This document shows, one piece after another, positions 22,301 through 47,700 of a DNA stretch of 64,000 bases. How positions within the stretch are numbered: the stretch's first letter is position 1; every line of letters begins with the position of its first letter. The stretch is from NCBI GenBank assembly GCA_028534125.1, contig CM052837.1, positions 37,076,001-37,140,000 on the forward strand, given 5' to 3'. The notes beneath the pieces were generated by a model. It had not been told where the DNA came from. It saw only the letters and a program-made list of their open reading frames with translations, and ran no database searches. Made by a program: the position numbers and the translations under genes. This stretch comes from Lama glama (taxonomy: Eukaryota).

Positions 22301-22546
22301 GAAGCGGGTGGAGCCCAGGCCCAGCGGGTGCTGGTGGCCCTGGAGTCCCCAGGAGCGCGGGATGCAGAGGAACAGCTGCAGCGCCTGCGGGAGGAGCGGA
22401 CCTGCCGTGTGTGCCTGGACCGCGCCGTGGCCGTTGTCTTCGTGCCCTGCGGCCACCTGGCCTGTGCCGAGTGCGCGCCCAGCCTGCAGCTGTGCCCCAT
22501 CTGTAGGGCCCCCATCGGCAGCTGCGTGCGCACCTTCCTGTCCTAG
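19020..22546 (+). CDS. BIRC7: Baculoviral IAP repeat-containing protein 7 (Livin/ML-IAP), whole spliced CDS: join 19020-19347, 20152-20251, 20552-20630, 20719-20764, [21564-21767 UBA exon], 22078-22149, 22353-22546; 272 aa without and 340 aa with the UBA exon
   Basis: BIR domain [10 protein letters not shown]...[85 protein letters not shown] ending RTFLS*, and DHTD|G caspase site. GT-AG introns are in phase. Confidence 0.97.
20152..20251 (+). CDS. BIRC7: BIRC7 exon 2 (BIR CxxC...H)
   Basis: ccccag|GC ... AA|gtactg, 100 nt. Confidence 0.95.
20552..20630 (+). CDS. BIRC7: BIRC7 exon 3 ([26 protein letters not shown])
   Basis: ccctcag|G ... TGG|gtgagt. Confidence 0.94.
20719..20764 (+). CDS. 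BIRC7: BIRC7 exon 4 ([15 protein letters not shown])
   Basis: ttccag|GAC ... G|gtgagc, 46 nt. Confidence 0.9.
21564..21767 (+). CDS. BIRC7: BIRC7 extra exon encoding an IAP-type UBA domain ([68 protein letters not shown])
   Basis: Acceptor tcctaccttgcag|AT, donor AGAG|gtacct, 204 nt, phase 1-1, no stop; MGF and LVADLL motifs. Confidence 0.8.
22078..22149 (+). CDS. BIRC7: BIRC7 exon homologous to human exon 5 ([23 protein letters not shown])
   Basis: ctaactgcccacag|CT ... G|gtggag, 72 nt. Confidence 0.88.
22353..22546 (+). CDS. BIRC7: BIRC7 RING exon (beta-type acceptor)
   Basis: ccccag|GA GCG CGG GAT...; stop TAG 22544-22546; donor gtgagt at 22552. Confidence 0.95.
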
Positions 22547-23230
22547 GCCAGGTGAGTGAGTTGCCACCAGGCTCCCCCCGAGATTTTGGAACGGGCCTGG
22601 ACAGTGACCGCAAGCATGCCATCTCCTGTGGTCCTGATGGTGGCCCAGCGTCGCAGGGACCAGGTGGTGGGGCAGGAGACAGCACTTCTTACTCCCGCCA
22701 CCTCCCTGGCCCCACAGACGTTGCCCGTCCACTCCCCCTGGTGCTTGGGTACCTGCTCTGAGTCCTTCTCAACGCAGCATCCCAGGCGGCCACTGCCACC
22801 CTGCTTGGGCGTGTTAAGCCACACCCACTGGTCACATCTCTGCCCGGGTTTCTTAGTGCTCAGAGGGATGGTGCCGCCCAACTAGCCGGGCATAGAGAGC
22901 GGCAGCCTGGCCGAGGGGCGCTCAGCTTTGGGGGTGAGAGCACATGCCGTCCTTGTCAAGGGGAGGGGGCTGGGGTCTGCCTGAGCATGGACCCCACGGG
23001 GATCCCAACCTGGGAGCAGAGTCCTGATGGAAATGCATGGTGTGGGGGGGCCCTTCGGCGTCACGGAGGTGGGGGCAGGAGCCACGGCCTTCTCAGGGTC
23101 TCTGTGCTCCAGGATCTCCCCAAGAATCTTCCGGGGAGGAAGTAGCAGGGAAGGAACCTCTCAGGGCTGAGGGGTCCCAGCCGGGTGGACAAGCCAACTG
23201 GAGCTGCTGCTCCCACCTCCTCCCCTCCAG

Positions 23231-23440
23231 GAGCTGTGAGTACCGCTCCAGGAGGGCACCCCACTCGCTCAGCCTGTCCCTTGGCCCACTTGGCGGCCCG
23301 TTGGGGATGGCTGAGCTGGTGTCCAGCACTGACCAGCCCAGCGAGGAAGAGGGAGCTGTGGACGGCTTGGTGGAGGGGGTGGGAGCCTACGTGTGGAAGC
23401 TTTGGAAGAGTCAAAATAAAGTATGGGTTTTCCTTGGACA
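23231..23440 (+). other. BIRC7: BIRC7 terminal non-coding exon with AATAAA at 23415-23420
   Basis: Acceptor cctcctcccctccag at 23230; ggatggctgagctggtgtccagcactgaccagccc resembles the human 3' UTR as recalled; canonical poly(A) signal. Confidence 0.65.
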
Positions 23441-23649
23441 GTGCTTCGCAGACTCTGTTCCAGAACCTCCCGCCCCTCCCCACTACCCCGCCCCAAACGG
23501 TCTGTCCCATTCCAGGCTATTTGCCCCTCCCGTTCGCTCCCCACTTTCCCTGGTTCTTCTCTTTGGCCTTGGGCCACTCCTGAAACTGAACTTGTGAATA
23601 CCCCACGAGCCCCTGCATCTCAGAAACATGGCCTGGAGGGCAGGTTCCT

Positions 23650-23655
23650 TTTAAT
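23650..23655 (-). terminator. Candidate NKAIN4 poly(A) signal ATTAAA
   Basis: tttaat on the + strand, about 680 nt downstream of the NKAIN4 stop. Confidence 0.55.
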
Positions 23656-24332
23656 CCACTTGTGGGCACCTTGGGGGATGCCCTAGGACTATTTCATGGG
23701 GGGGGTGCTTGAACAGGCCTCGCCCCTCATCAGCACATTTCCAGGCAGCTCTTGTCCTGTGGCTCCTGGGCAAGCCCAGCCCCCGCCCCAGGGTTCCACC
23801 AGCCACAGCACCTGGGGCAGGTGGAGCCTGGGTGCGCACAGTACTGAGTCAGGAACCTGCACTCGGGTGGGGGTCTCCAGGGACTCATGCTGACCTTCAT
23901 GGTGGGGTCACACTTCCCCATCTCGCAGTCCCGGGGCCAGCCCCTCTCCCCAGCACGGGTGTGTGCAGCGTCTGGGTGCCTGGCTGCCCCAGGACAGGGC
24001 TCCCAGGGAAGGGGGTTCGTTGGACAGCAGCCCCAGGCCTGCTGTGGACGGAGATCAACCCTAGTGCTGCCAGAGGCCAGGCATGACATTTCCTTCCGTG
24101 TCTTTTTCTTTTTCTTTTTTTTTAAGAAAAAGGAAAACAGCAAACTTTCTGATGTTGCGTCCACCTTCCACCAGCTCAGGTCCAGTCACTCGACCCTGGG
24201 GCAGGTGCTCAGCCCCTGCAGGGCCCCTGGGGCAGGAAGGCCCAGTGCGCTCCACCGCCTGGCGTCTGCTCACCATCTGCAGTGGGTCACTGAGGCTGGC
24301 GGGGTCACAGGAGGGGGTGGGCGCGCCTTCAC

Positions 24333-37694
<13,362 letters not shown>

Positions 37695-40089
37695 GATGTC
37701 TGCCCGGCTCGCGGGCGTCGCCTCTGCCAGTCTGAACCAGGAGCCACCCGCGCGCGGGATGCCCAACGCCTCGGCCCGCAGCTCTCGCAGCGCAGCTCCC
37801 CCAGTTCCTGTCCCCCGCCTCCGGCCCCTCCCCGCAGCGCAGCGCCCCGCCCGCCCTGGCCCCTCGGCCCCGCCCCACCCTGCAGACCATCCCCATTCCC
37901 GGCCCTGCCGGCTCTGCCCTAGATCCCTGGTCCCTTCAGTCCCTGGCGGCCCCCGCCCCCGCCCCATAGATTTGAGACCGCCTCTGGCCAGGTCGCACCA
38001 GGCACACCCCTCCGTCCCCCCGTCCTCCCCTCGCCGGCCCTTGGCCCTGGGCCAGTGCCGGCTAGCCCCCTCCTCGGGCTGCCCTCGGCCCAGCTCCGCC
38101 CCTCGGAATAACAGCTGCGCCTCGTCTTTCTCCCACAACCCAGGACTGGACTGGAAGCCTCCGAGGGGCTTCTCGCCAGCTGGGGAGGGGGCGAGGAACC
38201 CTTTCTTAAAGGGGCGATGGCACGACTCCTCAGGCTGTGTGGAGCAATGAGGGGCAGCCTGTGGCCCAGAGACAGACCCAAAGCTGCTGCAAAGCCACTC
38301 CGCAGAGTCCAGGAAAACCCCATGACACTCTCCTGCCAGGCACCTCCTGTGCTTGCCCTGGGTCTTCGAGTGACCTACCCAATCAGCCTCCTTCCTGGTG
38401 GGGCTCAGGCACACCGCATTCCTGAGGCCTCCTGGACCAGCTCAGATGTCCCCCTCCTGGGGGTGAGGACCCAGGAGTAGGAGGAGGGGTGAGCTGGCCT
38501 ACCAGGAGTTCACCTGCCCAGGCAATGTGGGGGGACCTGCAGGCCAGGTCTGCTCTTTGAGGGGCCAGGCCAGGGTCAGGCCTGAGGGGAAGAGAGGGAC
38601 CTGGGAGACCTTGGGTTGCAGGCAGCCCTGGGGCAATGGTCCTGCATTTAGTGGGGGGAGGACTGGGCCAGGACCCCAATGTGCAAAGGTGCAGAGGTGG
38701 GACTGACAAGGTGTGGGGCAGATGGTGAGAGGGGAGGCAGGTAGGGTGGGGCCCAGCAGTTTGCGCACAGACTAGCTTGGACTTTATTCTGTTGGTCATA
38801 GGGAGCCACTGGGGTCTAGATCAGGGTAGGCCGTGACCAAGTGACTCTTGTGCTGGGAGGCAGGACATGGTCCTGGCCAGGACCTAACAGAGTGGCAGTG
38901 GGTGGGGGGAGAGGGCGCAGAGCATTGCATTTCAGCTTTGGGCCATTGTTCTTGGCTCCAGGGGTCCAGGGCCAGGTCCCAGCCCTGCAGTGAAGATGGG
39001 CACTGGACATCGGGTCCTTGGAGATCTGGCTGCCCCGCTATCAGCTACCCCCTTCACGCAGGAAGGACCTGAGACCAGTTTCCCATGGCAAGCTCAGTTC
39101 CTGACCTCGCTCATGTGATTTCACAGACTAGCCAGAGTTTTCCCATGCGAGGTTTTGGCTGACTGTCCTGCAGTCCCTGGAAGCGGGAGAAGCCAAGTTC
39201 ATTGGTACATTTGATGGAGGAGCAAGGTCAAGTCCTCCTAAGGTCTTCAGCGAATTGGGGATGAAGCCGCACCAGATGCCTAACCCAGGCTCTACTTAGG
39301 GGGGCAGCTCCCAGACCCTGGCAAACAGAAGGGGTGGGAGGAAAGGTCTGGTGAGCTGGGAGGGGGTCCTCAGGCTGTTTGTCGATGGAAGGGAACAGGA
39401 CGCCCGTGGGGCACGAGGAGGGCCCCGGAGACCACTCAGGACAGCCATAGTGGGGCTGGGCCAGGGGAGCAGGAGAGGCCTCTGAAGCCCCCCAGAGTGA
39501 CATCCAGTCCCTGGCATGATGACTCAGCAGGCCTGAAGAGACCCCCCTCCTGGGAAAAACTTGGACTCACTGCCCAAGTTCTTTGACCTTCCTTGCACGT
39601 CTTGACCTTCACAGTGAGCTGAGTGAAAGTGGCAGGACTCCCCAGGAGGGTGTTCATGAGAAATGACTCAGTGAAGGAGCAGATGGCAAGGGGATCTCTT
39701 TAACGGCAGCATCGTGAGGTGTGGGCCTGTGACTGCTGTGGGGGAGGGGGTCTGGCCGCAGCCCTGGGCTCTTCCCACCAGACGCCAGCCCCGCGACACT
39801 CCTGCCAGTCATGACGGTCAAAGACGTATCCAGAGAAGGACGAACTTCCCTTGGGACCGCCCTCACTCTTGTCCAGGTGGCCTCGATTTTATAGAAAGCC
39901 CTGCACCTGCTCCGAATGGCATAGATCAAGGGGGCGGGACGGGGATCGCGTCGCCAACTGACAGTCCTGGAGTGGAGCAGAGTAAACGTCTCCCCTGCAC
40001 GCATTTGCCCACCTGTGCTGGGACGCGTGGGCGATGGCTGCCACTGCGCTGTCTGCAGACCGAAGCCAGACTGAATGGTTGTAGTTTCC

Positions 40090-40560
40090 AACAAGCGCCA
40101 GAAAAGAGGAGTGCCGTTCAAAACCGCGAGAGACCACTTCACACCCACTAGGACGGTTGGAACCCACAGACAGACACAGCAAGCCTTGGCCAGGACTCAG
40201 AGACACCAGAACCCTCACACCCTGCTAGAGAGGGCGCAAGACAGCGCGGCCGCGGTGGAAAACCGCCCGGCGGACCCTCAGAGGTTAAATGCGAGGTTAC
40301 CGTAGGACCCAGCACTTCTATTCCTGGATATTTTCCCGAAAGAAGCTGAAATTCCGTCATAAAACCGTGTGCACAAGCGTTTCAGCACCAGCGTTTCTGA
40401 TAGCCCAAAGCGGAAACAACCCAAGTGTCCCCAACTGGGTGGATACACCTAAAATGTGGTCCAGCCGCTAAGGGACTGTCCCTTGGCTCCAAGAAGGAAT
40501 CAAGCTTCGGATATGCGCTGTGCCTCGGCCGAACACTGAAAACGCCAAGCGAAAGGAGTC
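40090..40560 (+). mobile_element. Old L1M (ORF2 end / 3' region) fragment, strongly GC-shifted
   Basis: aaaaccgcgagagaccacttcacacccactaggacgg...agaaccctcacaccctgctag...gacccagcacttctattcctggata...ggaaacaacccaagtgtcc...aaaatgtggt follows the L1M consensus order. Confidence 0.75.
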
Positions 40561-41409
40561 ATCGTGGGCCATCCACTCCTGAAAACTGATGCCAGGGGAG
40601 GGGGGAGCCCCGCTAGCCTCCCCTTCTGGCACCTCCTGGCGGCCTCCTGAGCGTCACCTGTTCCAGAAGTACACGTCCTGGTGGAGGGGTCAGGGATCAA
40701 TCAGAGCAGCTCAGACACTGACCTCTCACATGTGGGGCTCTGCGTGGGGTCGATGGTGTCCATATACCCGGGGCAGGCAAGCTGCTGTGGACGGGACGAG
40801 GGGTTCCCCCCTACTCCTGCCCCGGAGTGCAGAGTTGCCCACTTTACGGACAGCAAGTCTATGGCTGGGTCATCCCTGGGCTGTAGGGTTTTACATAACA
40901 CCTCATTTCACATTCCTTCTTGCTGAGTGTTAATGGTTCCTGAGAGCTGAATGGTGCCAAATCCGCATTTGACGTAGACTCCCAGACAGGAAGTCACTGA
41001 TCAGAGGTACCCACACCCGCCTCCGGATTCAGGACAGCAGAAACGGCAATGCTGTGAGTCAAGACCAGAGAACAGGGGTGGGCTCTCTCCAGGCCCCCAA
41101 CAGAACGTCCAAGGGGCTGGGGGACGGATGGCAGCCTGACACCAGGCAACAATGCCAAGTCAGCAAGGCGAGGTCAGGAGTGCTCGCACCACCCGCGTCT
41201 GAGCACCGACAGCAAGTCGGGAGGAAGCCCTGCTCTGGGGTCTGCGGACCGAACCGGCAGTCAGGGGAAAGTGTCCCTGGTTTCCAGACAGTGAAAACGG
41301 GCACTCCGAGTATGGGACTGTTTCCCCCTAGGTTGGAGGGGTCTTTCCCAGGGAAGGCCTCCAGGCAGGGCTGCAGGGCAGGGCTCTGTGTGTGCTTCCT
41401 TAATGCACC

Positions 41410-41855
41410 CAGTCATTCATTTGCTGTGGCAGCCATAACAGTTCACTACAAACTGGGGGCAGGGGGAGGGCTTAAATCATCAGAAATGTTTTCTCTGAGG
41501 TTCTGGAGGCCAGAGACCAAAATCAAGGTGTCTGCAGGCAGGGTCACCTCCTTCCAGAGGCTCCAGACCATCCTCGACTTCCAGCTCTGGGGACTCCAGG
41601 CGTCCCTGGGCTTGTGGCCACATCACGCCCATCTCTGCCTCCATCTTCACGTGGCCCCTTTCTCTGTCTGTCCTCTGCTGTCTCTTGTAAGACACGGGTG
41701 ATGGCCTTTAGGGCTGACCCAGGTAATCCGGGACAGTCTCACTTGAGGCCCTTAACCCAGTCACAACTGCGAAGACCCTTTTCCTAAACAAGTTTCTGTT
41801 CACAGATTCCAGGCATTAGGAGCGTGTCCTCTGGAGGCCACCACTCGACACTACA
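41410..41855 (-). mobile_element. MLT1C/D-like MaLR solo LTR, near full length
   Basis: gcagccataacagttcactacaaactggg...gcttaaatcatcagaaatg...ttctggaggccagagaccaaaatcaaggtgtc...ctctgcctccatcttcacgtggcc...gaagacccttttcctaaacaag. Confidence 0.85.
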
Positions 41856-42679
41856 CTTGGAGAGGCCAGGCTGAGTTTTGGGGGGCTCCCTGCCGCCACC
41901 TCCACCCACCCTCCCTGTGGCAAAAAAACAGGCAAAGACCCCGATCCCTGGTCTGTGCAGGGTCAGCTCACAGCGGCTGGAGGAACCTCCGCTCCGTCCA
42001 GACCTCTCGACATCCCTGTGCACCAGGAGAGACAGGAACTGCCATGTGCACAAATGTTTTCGGATGAGACTGAGAGAAGTTTCCAACTATCCACAAACAT
42101 TCCTGGAAGAACAGAAGCCTTGACCCCTGGAACTGCACAGAGGGGGCCGCTGGAGCCCTTGCTCCGGACCAGGAGGCAGCCCAGCTGCAGGCCTTGTCAA
42201 TTCTGTTCTTCCCTTGGAAGAAGATGCACTGGGCCGCCTCCAGTGCACAGCAGAAAAGCAAAGAGGAGGAGCCCCTTTGTGGAGGAGCCAGCACCCACAC
42301 CTCCATCCTGAAAGGCCAGTCCCCCTCAGCAACAGCCTCAGGGCGCCTTTCTTGTGTGGAAGAGCTTGTGCATCTGAACCTCAGGGAGCCCAGGACACCT
42401 GGCCTATGATTTCCCGGAGGCAGTGCCTCCACGTTTCCCGGGACCAGAGATTCTGGTTTCCTGGTCCTTCAGAGTGGACAGAGTGGATGCAGTCATGCCC
42501 TGCTGAACTGCAGACCCTTGAAATCCTGGCTCCATTGCAACCCATCCTGGGGAACTCGCCTCCCCTTGAGCTCCAGGGCTGGAGCCCAGGGCTGAGATGC
42601 CACAGGTCAGCGCATCCCCTGCCCCTGTTGGCCTAGAAGTGGACACATGACCCAGGCTGGTGACTCTCTGGCGTTTGGC

Positions 42680-42970
42680 AGGGATGCTGAAGCAAAGCCA
42701 CTTCCTGCCGCTGCATGCAGACCAGGGAGCATACAGCTTTGGAGCTGCATGTTGGGATGTTAGCATGAAAACGAAACAGCAGAGCAAAGGTATGATGAGA
42801 AACCTGGTTCTCCGCAACATCGCTGAGCCGCTGGATCAAGCGTCACCTGAAAGCCTGGACTTCTGGACTTTTCACCACAAGAGACCATAATTTCCTTTTG
42901 TTTTTTAAGCCAGTTGGGGTTGGGTTTTCTGTCTCTAATGACTAGAATCCGGAAAGATTCCTGACTAAGA
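42680..42970 (+). mobile_element. Older MLT1 (J/K-like) LTR 3' fragment
   Basis: ctggatcaagc...cctgaaagcc...ctggacttttc...ttccttttg...taagccagttggggttgggttttctgtc...cctgactaa. Confidence 0.6.
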
Positions 42971-44724
42971 TGGGTGTGGGAGGGCTAAGGCAGGGGCTGT
43001 GTGGATCTTACTGTCATAGCCCAGGATCTGAGCCCTCAGGCCTGCAGTGTGAAAAGCTGGCCCTGTCTCAACACATTCTTGGCTGGGACGCCCTAGCTGT
43101 GTGGGCAAGTGTTGGCAGCTTCTAGTTCCTGGGTTGTTTTAGGGTGGGGCGACGGCTCAGGATTCCTGAACCGCTGTGCTCTGTCACGATGCACAGCCCA
43201 CAGAAGGTGGGGCCATGTTCTGACATTTCTTCCATCTCCTTCATCCCGGGGCCCAGTTCTTCCTGAGCATCACCTGGGGCAGCAGCAGGGTCAGATGGGG
43301 CCGGGGCCACCCAGGCCCTTCTCCCCATGGGGCCACATCCCCCCACCCAACAGGCCAGAGCCTGGGCAGGCCTGAGCCAACCCTACACCCTTTTCTTGGG
43401 TGCAGGATGGAGCCACTTCAGGAAGGCACTGGCGGTGGAAGGTAGTCAATGGAGGACAGAAACATGGAGGGAACGACATGGGGGGACGTCCACATATGCC
43501 CAGCTCCACCACTGTTAACGAAATGAAAACCACAGTCACAGTGGCACCAAGGAGCCGCTGGTAACACTGAGCCCCGAGGGGTCGTGAGAAATGCGGCGCC
43601 CACATCAGGGCATCTGGTCCAGAGGCTGTGGAAACGACCTGACAGAATCCACCAGAGTTTACCCAGCACCTCCGCTGCCAGGCGTCTACACCACGGAAAC
43701 GCTCACGTGAACGCGGAGAGCTGGCTGTACACAGATGTCCGGTCTGACTGAGACGGCACAGCAAAATCCTGGCAATGATGAGGATAGCGGTGACAGCAGG
43801 CGCCAGGCAGGGAACCCGTAATATGACCCTGCAGCTGGGAAGAGTGTCTGCAATAAAGACAGGTGAGGAGAAGGTGCCCAGGGAGCCAGCTGCCTGCCGA
43901 GCAAGGGCCAGGGAAAGTGCTGATGAGGAGGCTGGTCTCGGCAGGTCGTCCCGAGCTGCTAGCCACGGTCCCCTCTGGAGGGGCCTGCCCTGGACCCAAG
44001 GGCTGCGCACCACGTCCTGGGGCATTAGGCTGTGTCCGTCCGGCTGCGTGAGGCCCTGCAGGGGATGTCTGTCCACACGCGGCCCGTTCTCACCCATCCT
44101 GGCTGGAGCCTGCTGGGGTCTTGGTGGCAAAGCAGGACCGGGCAGCTGGGCCGCAGGAATCTACCCTGAGCTGCTCTGTGTGAGACCCTGCGGGGCACAC
44201 TCAGTGACTGGAGAGGTCAAGGCCGTGGGCAGGACCTTCAGCAATTCCCAGGCCACAGGGCAGGGCAGTGCAGGCTGGGCTGCAGGGAGGTGGACCCTGA
44301 GGAATGAGCAGGATTTCCACAAGGAAAGGAGAGCAGAGAACACCGGGTTGGGAGGGCCTGAGTGCCGGGGTTGGGGCAGGGCAGAGCCCAGACCAGAACC
44401 CACACACAGAGGTGAACACTTACACAAGTGTACACACATGGCCCTCACCTGCCCTGTGTAGCCTCAGCTGCTTCTTTAGGCTCTGCCACCCCTGCTGGCA
44501 GCTGGCTGAACCCTGGGACCCAGCTGACCGGGTTGTGAGGCCCAGACAGGACCACTGATGACCGGTGCTCACAGACTTACCCAATTTGTCCATTACTTCC
44601 ACATGTTGGGAATGAACCTGACCTCTGAGACTGGGGCTGGGTCAGATCAGAGACACCATTGCCCATCCCTGGCCTTCACACCCCCAGCTCCCCACACCCT
44701 CCTTCTACTCTGAAGAGGATGGTA

Positions 44725-44835
44725 CAGAAGCTGGGTGCAAACCTCAGCTCCATACTCACTGCCTTTCTGACCTTGGGGAAATTACTTAACTGCTCTGGGC
44801 CTTTGTTTCTTCATCTGAACGATGGGTTCATATCA
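44725..44835 (+). mobile_element. MIR fragment
   Basis: gcaaacctcagctccatactcact...tgaccttggggaaattacttaactgctctgggcctttgtttcttcatctg. Confidence 0.75.
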
Positions 44836-45949
44836 GAAAGACCGTGCTTTGTTGTGCAGTTTAGACAAGATCTTCCTAATTGGGCCCAGGGCCCGACTTC
44901 TCCCAGGGGGCAGGAGGCGAGGTCCCTGGCCTGAAAAGGGGGATCAGAGCCCTCCTTTCACAGATAGGGAAACTGAGTCCAGGAAACAGGCCTATGGCTA
45001 CCCTGCAGATGAGCTTGTGTGGCCTGGGCCGGCACCAGGAGCCACCCAGCCCCTCAGAGTCATTGACTCAGGTTTTCACTTTGCTGTCCTCATAGTCTCT
45101 TTGGTTTTATTCACATGGAGAACTGCAGAAGCCCCAGGGAGGTAACCACAAAGATGATCACATTACTGTAACTGGAAATTAATGGACTGCTGGTGGTTCT
45201 AAAAGAAAACAAATTATCTAAATATTTTAGATGGGGTAATAAAACGTTTTCAATTTGCAGCTACATGTTCTGCCATTCACCACTTCATTGCCCAGATTCT
45301 GCTGCTGTCAGTGAGCATTTTATCCTCTGCTGTTTGCTCACTGTACGAGCCATGAGATGTCAGAGGGAGGCAGGGGTGCTGCAGAGGCTGTGAGTTGGCA
45401 GCTTGCCCTGTCCTTGGAAGGGCCACCCCCCTGCTCTTGTCTTTGGGGACCTGGGCCTCACTCTGGAGGTGAACCTAGCCCCATGTGTCCCAGAGCCAGG
45501 GGTGGAGTGGGGGTTGACCTTTTAGCTTTATGATCAGAAAACTGAAAATTCAGCCTCAACTTGTTGCTTGCTCTAGCTAGTGCCAAATGTTGGCTACCGC
45601 TCTGCCCTGCCCTTTCAACATCTCATCCTTCACAGCCCACCTCCTCCAGGGAGCCTACTGGAAGGAACCCAGCACAGGGCTCTCACTCTCTGAACTTGTG
45701 GAGCCTACATAGTCCCAAGCACAGGATCTTATGCTGAAACGACACTGTCTCACGTTGCCCCTGCGTGGACCCTGTTGGTGCCCTGTCCACATCACTTCTG
45801 CCCTCATTTCTGGGAATGCCAGCGGCTTCTGGCTGCAAGAACTGCTGACTCCTTCCTGAGGGTTTCCCCAGGCTGCAGGAGGGTGCACATGGTGAGCTGG
45901 GCACAGTGCTGGGAAACTAAGATGAGCACCCAGGGCAGCTTTCAACCAA

Positions 45950-46610
45950 CAATGAAGGGAAATGCCAATGAAACTGCAATGAGATACCATGTTGTTCCCG
46001 CTAGACTGGCTGCAACAAAAAGACTGACAATGCCAAGTGTTGACAAAGACTTGGAGCAATTGGAACTCCCACACTGCTGGTGGATATAAAATGGTACAAT
46101 CATTATGAAGATTGTTTGGCAATTTCTTAGTTCAACACAAACCCCATCACCCAGCAATTACTTCTAGGCAATTATGCAAGAGAAATAAAAAGTATGCTCA
46201 TAAAAAGGCTTGCACGTGAATTTCAGGGCAGTTTTATGCACAATGGCTGAGATTCAGAAACAACTCCAGTGTCTAGCATGTGACTGTAGAAACAAAGCGC
46301 TATACTCACTTAATGGAATACTATTCAGCAATAAGAAAGAACGAAATGCTGGTACACGCTTGATGAATGTGGATGGATGAACCTTGAAAATATTATGCAA
46401 AGTGAAAGAAGTCCTTTGAAACATTACTTATTGCATAAATCTATTTATATGCAGTTCTAGAACAGGCAAACTGAGATATGGGGATAAAAATCAGAACAGT
46501 GGTTGCCTCTGATGGACGTGTTCTATACTCGATCATGGTGGAGGTTACCTTGGGGTAGGCATTTGTCAAAATTCGTTGAATGAAAATTACTGAATGTAAA
46601 TGATACCTCG
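45950..46610 (+). mobile_element. L1M (L1MB/MC/ME-type) 3' fragment
   Basis: gggaaatgccaatgaaactgcaatgagataccat...gactgacaatgccaagtgttgacaaagacttggagcaattggaactc...ggaatactattcagcaataagaaagaacgaa...ggatgaaccttgaaaatattatgc. Confidence 0.85.
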
Positions 46611-47239
46611 GGAAACATGGTTATACTTGATCACTCCAAAAGTTACACAGATCAATGAAGAATATGTGAAATACATGGAAAAGCCCGAAGTAAAAACAAA
46701 ACCCAGATCACTTGCGATTATATCCCCAGAGGTCACTGCTCTCGGCAGTTCTCTTTCTACCGCCGAATTCCGCCTATCAGGGATTCTGGTGCTCGCCCTG
46801 CTTTGCAGCCTGCTTGCATCATCTGCATTACGTGATGCTCTCGCTCCACCAGTCCAGCCACCCTCCGTGTCCACTCCCTACCCTTCTCCGCCTCGGACTG
46901 CACCGATGGGCTTGGCCAGTGGGAGAAAAATCGGGAGATGAGAGTCTGAGAGGCCACAGAGACCGGCATTTACCCCTATGGCTTCCTCTGCTCGGTCACC
47001 TTGGGCTGGCCATGCCCTCAACCAAAGATGACAGCTCCTCTGGGTGGCGGTCCTGAGGACTCTTTCCTTCCAGAGTCCGGGAACCTCGCCTCCCCCTTTT
47101 CTTTGGAGCGTGTTGACGTCACAGCTGTGCTCCTCCAGCCCTGGGCTCTCGCAGAATTCCTGTGACGTCTCTAAACCCGCCCACACCCTCCTAATCAGCG
47201 CCTTTGTAAATGATCCCCCATGAATCGTCCTAATCTGAT

Positions 47240-47700
47240 CAGGCCGTCAGTCTCCCGTCCGGATCCTGACGGTACACCCCAGTGAGCATGGCTGGCGGTG
47301 TCCAGACCATCGCGGTCCCCGCTTGACAACCAGCTCTGACACAGCAGCCCAAAGGAGGACGCGTCCCCATGGCAAAGGGGGCGGGGCCTCACTTCCGGCC
47401 CTGCGGGCGGGCGGAAGTCCCTCCCCCGCCGGCCCGCCCCGGCTTCCCGTCAAGCCTTGCGAGGTGCTACGTAGCCGGAAGCGGGTGGCGTCGAGGTGGG
47501 CGGTCGGCCCGCGTCCTCGGTGCAGTTCGGGGCGCTGCCGACCCCGCCCGGACCCCGGCGCGCAGGAGCGAGCCCACCTGCCCGGTAAGCGCGCCGCCGA
47601 GGCCCCGAGGCCTCGGCTCCCCCCGGGGCTAGTCCACCGCCCCGCCCGGCGGCCGCCCCCGCCCGGACCCCCGCCCGCCCGCCCGCACCTACTCTAGGGG
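47240..47700. promoter_or_regulatory. ARFGAP1: ARFGAP1 CpG-island promoter and non-coding exon 1 (donor G|gtaagc at 47584/47585)
   Basis: CpG-dense; ETS motifs ACTTCCGG 47391-47398, GCGGAAGT 47411-47418, CCGGAAGC 47475-47482; GC boxes. Confidence 0.8.

Noticed and set aside
22547-23230. Intron downstream of the BIRC7 stop codon as an NMD trigger
   Set aside because: The junction is only 5 nt after the stop, well inside the 50-55 nt rule, and human has the same architecture.
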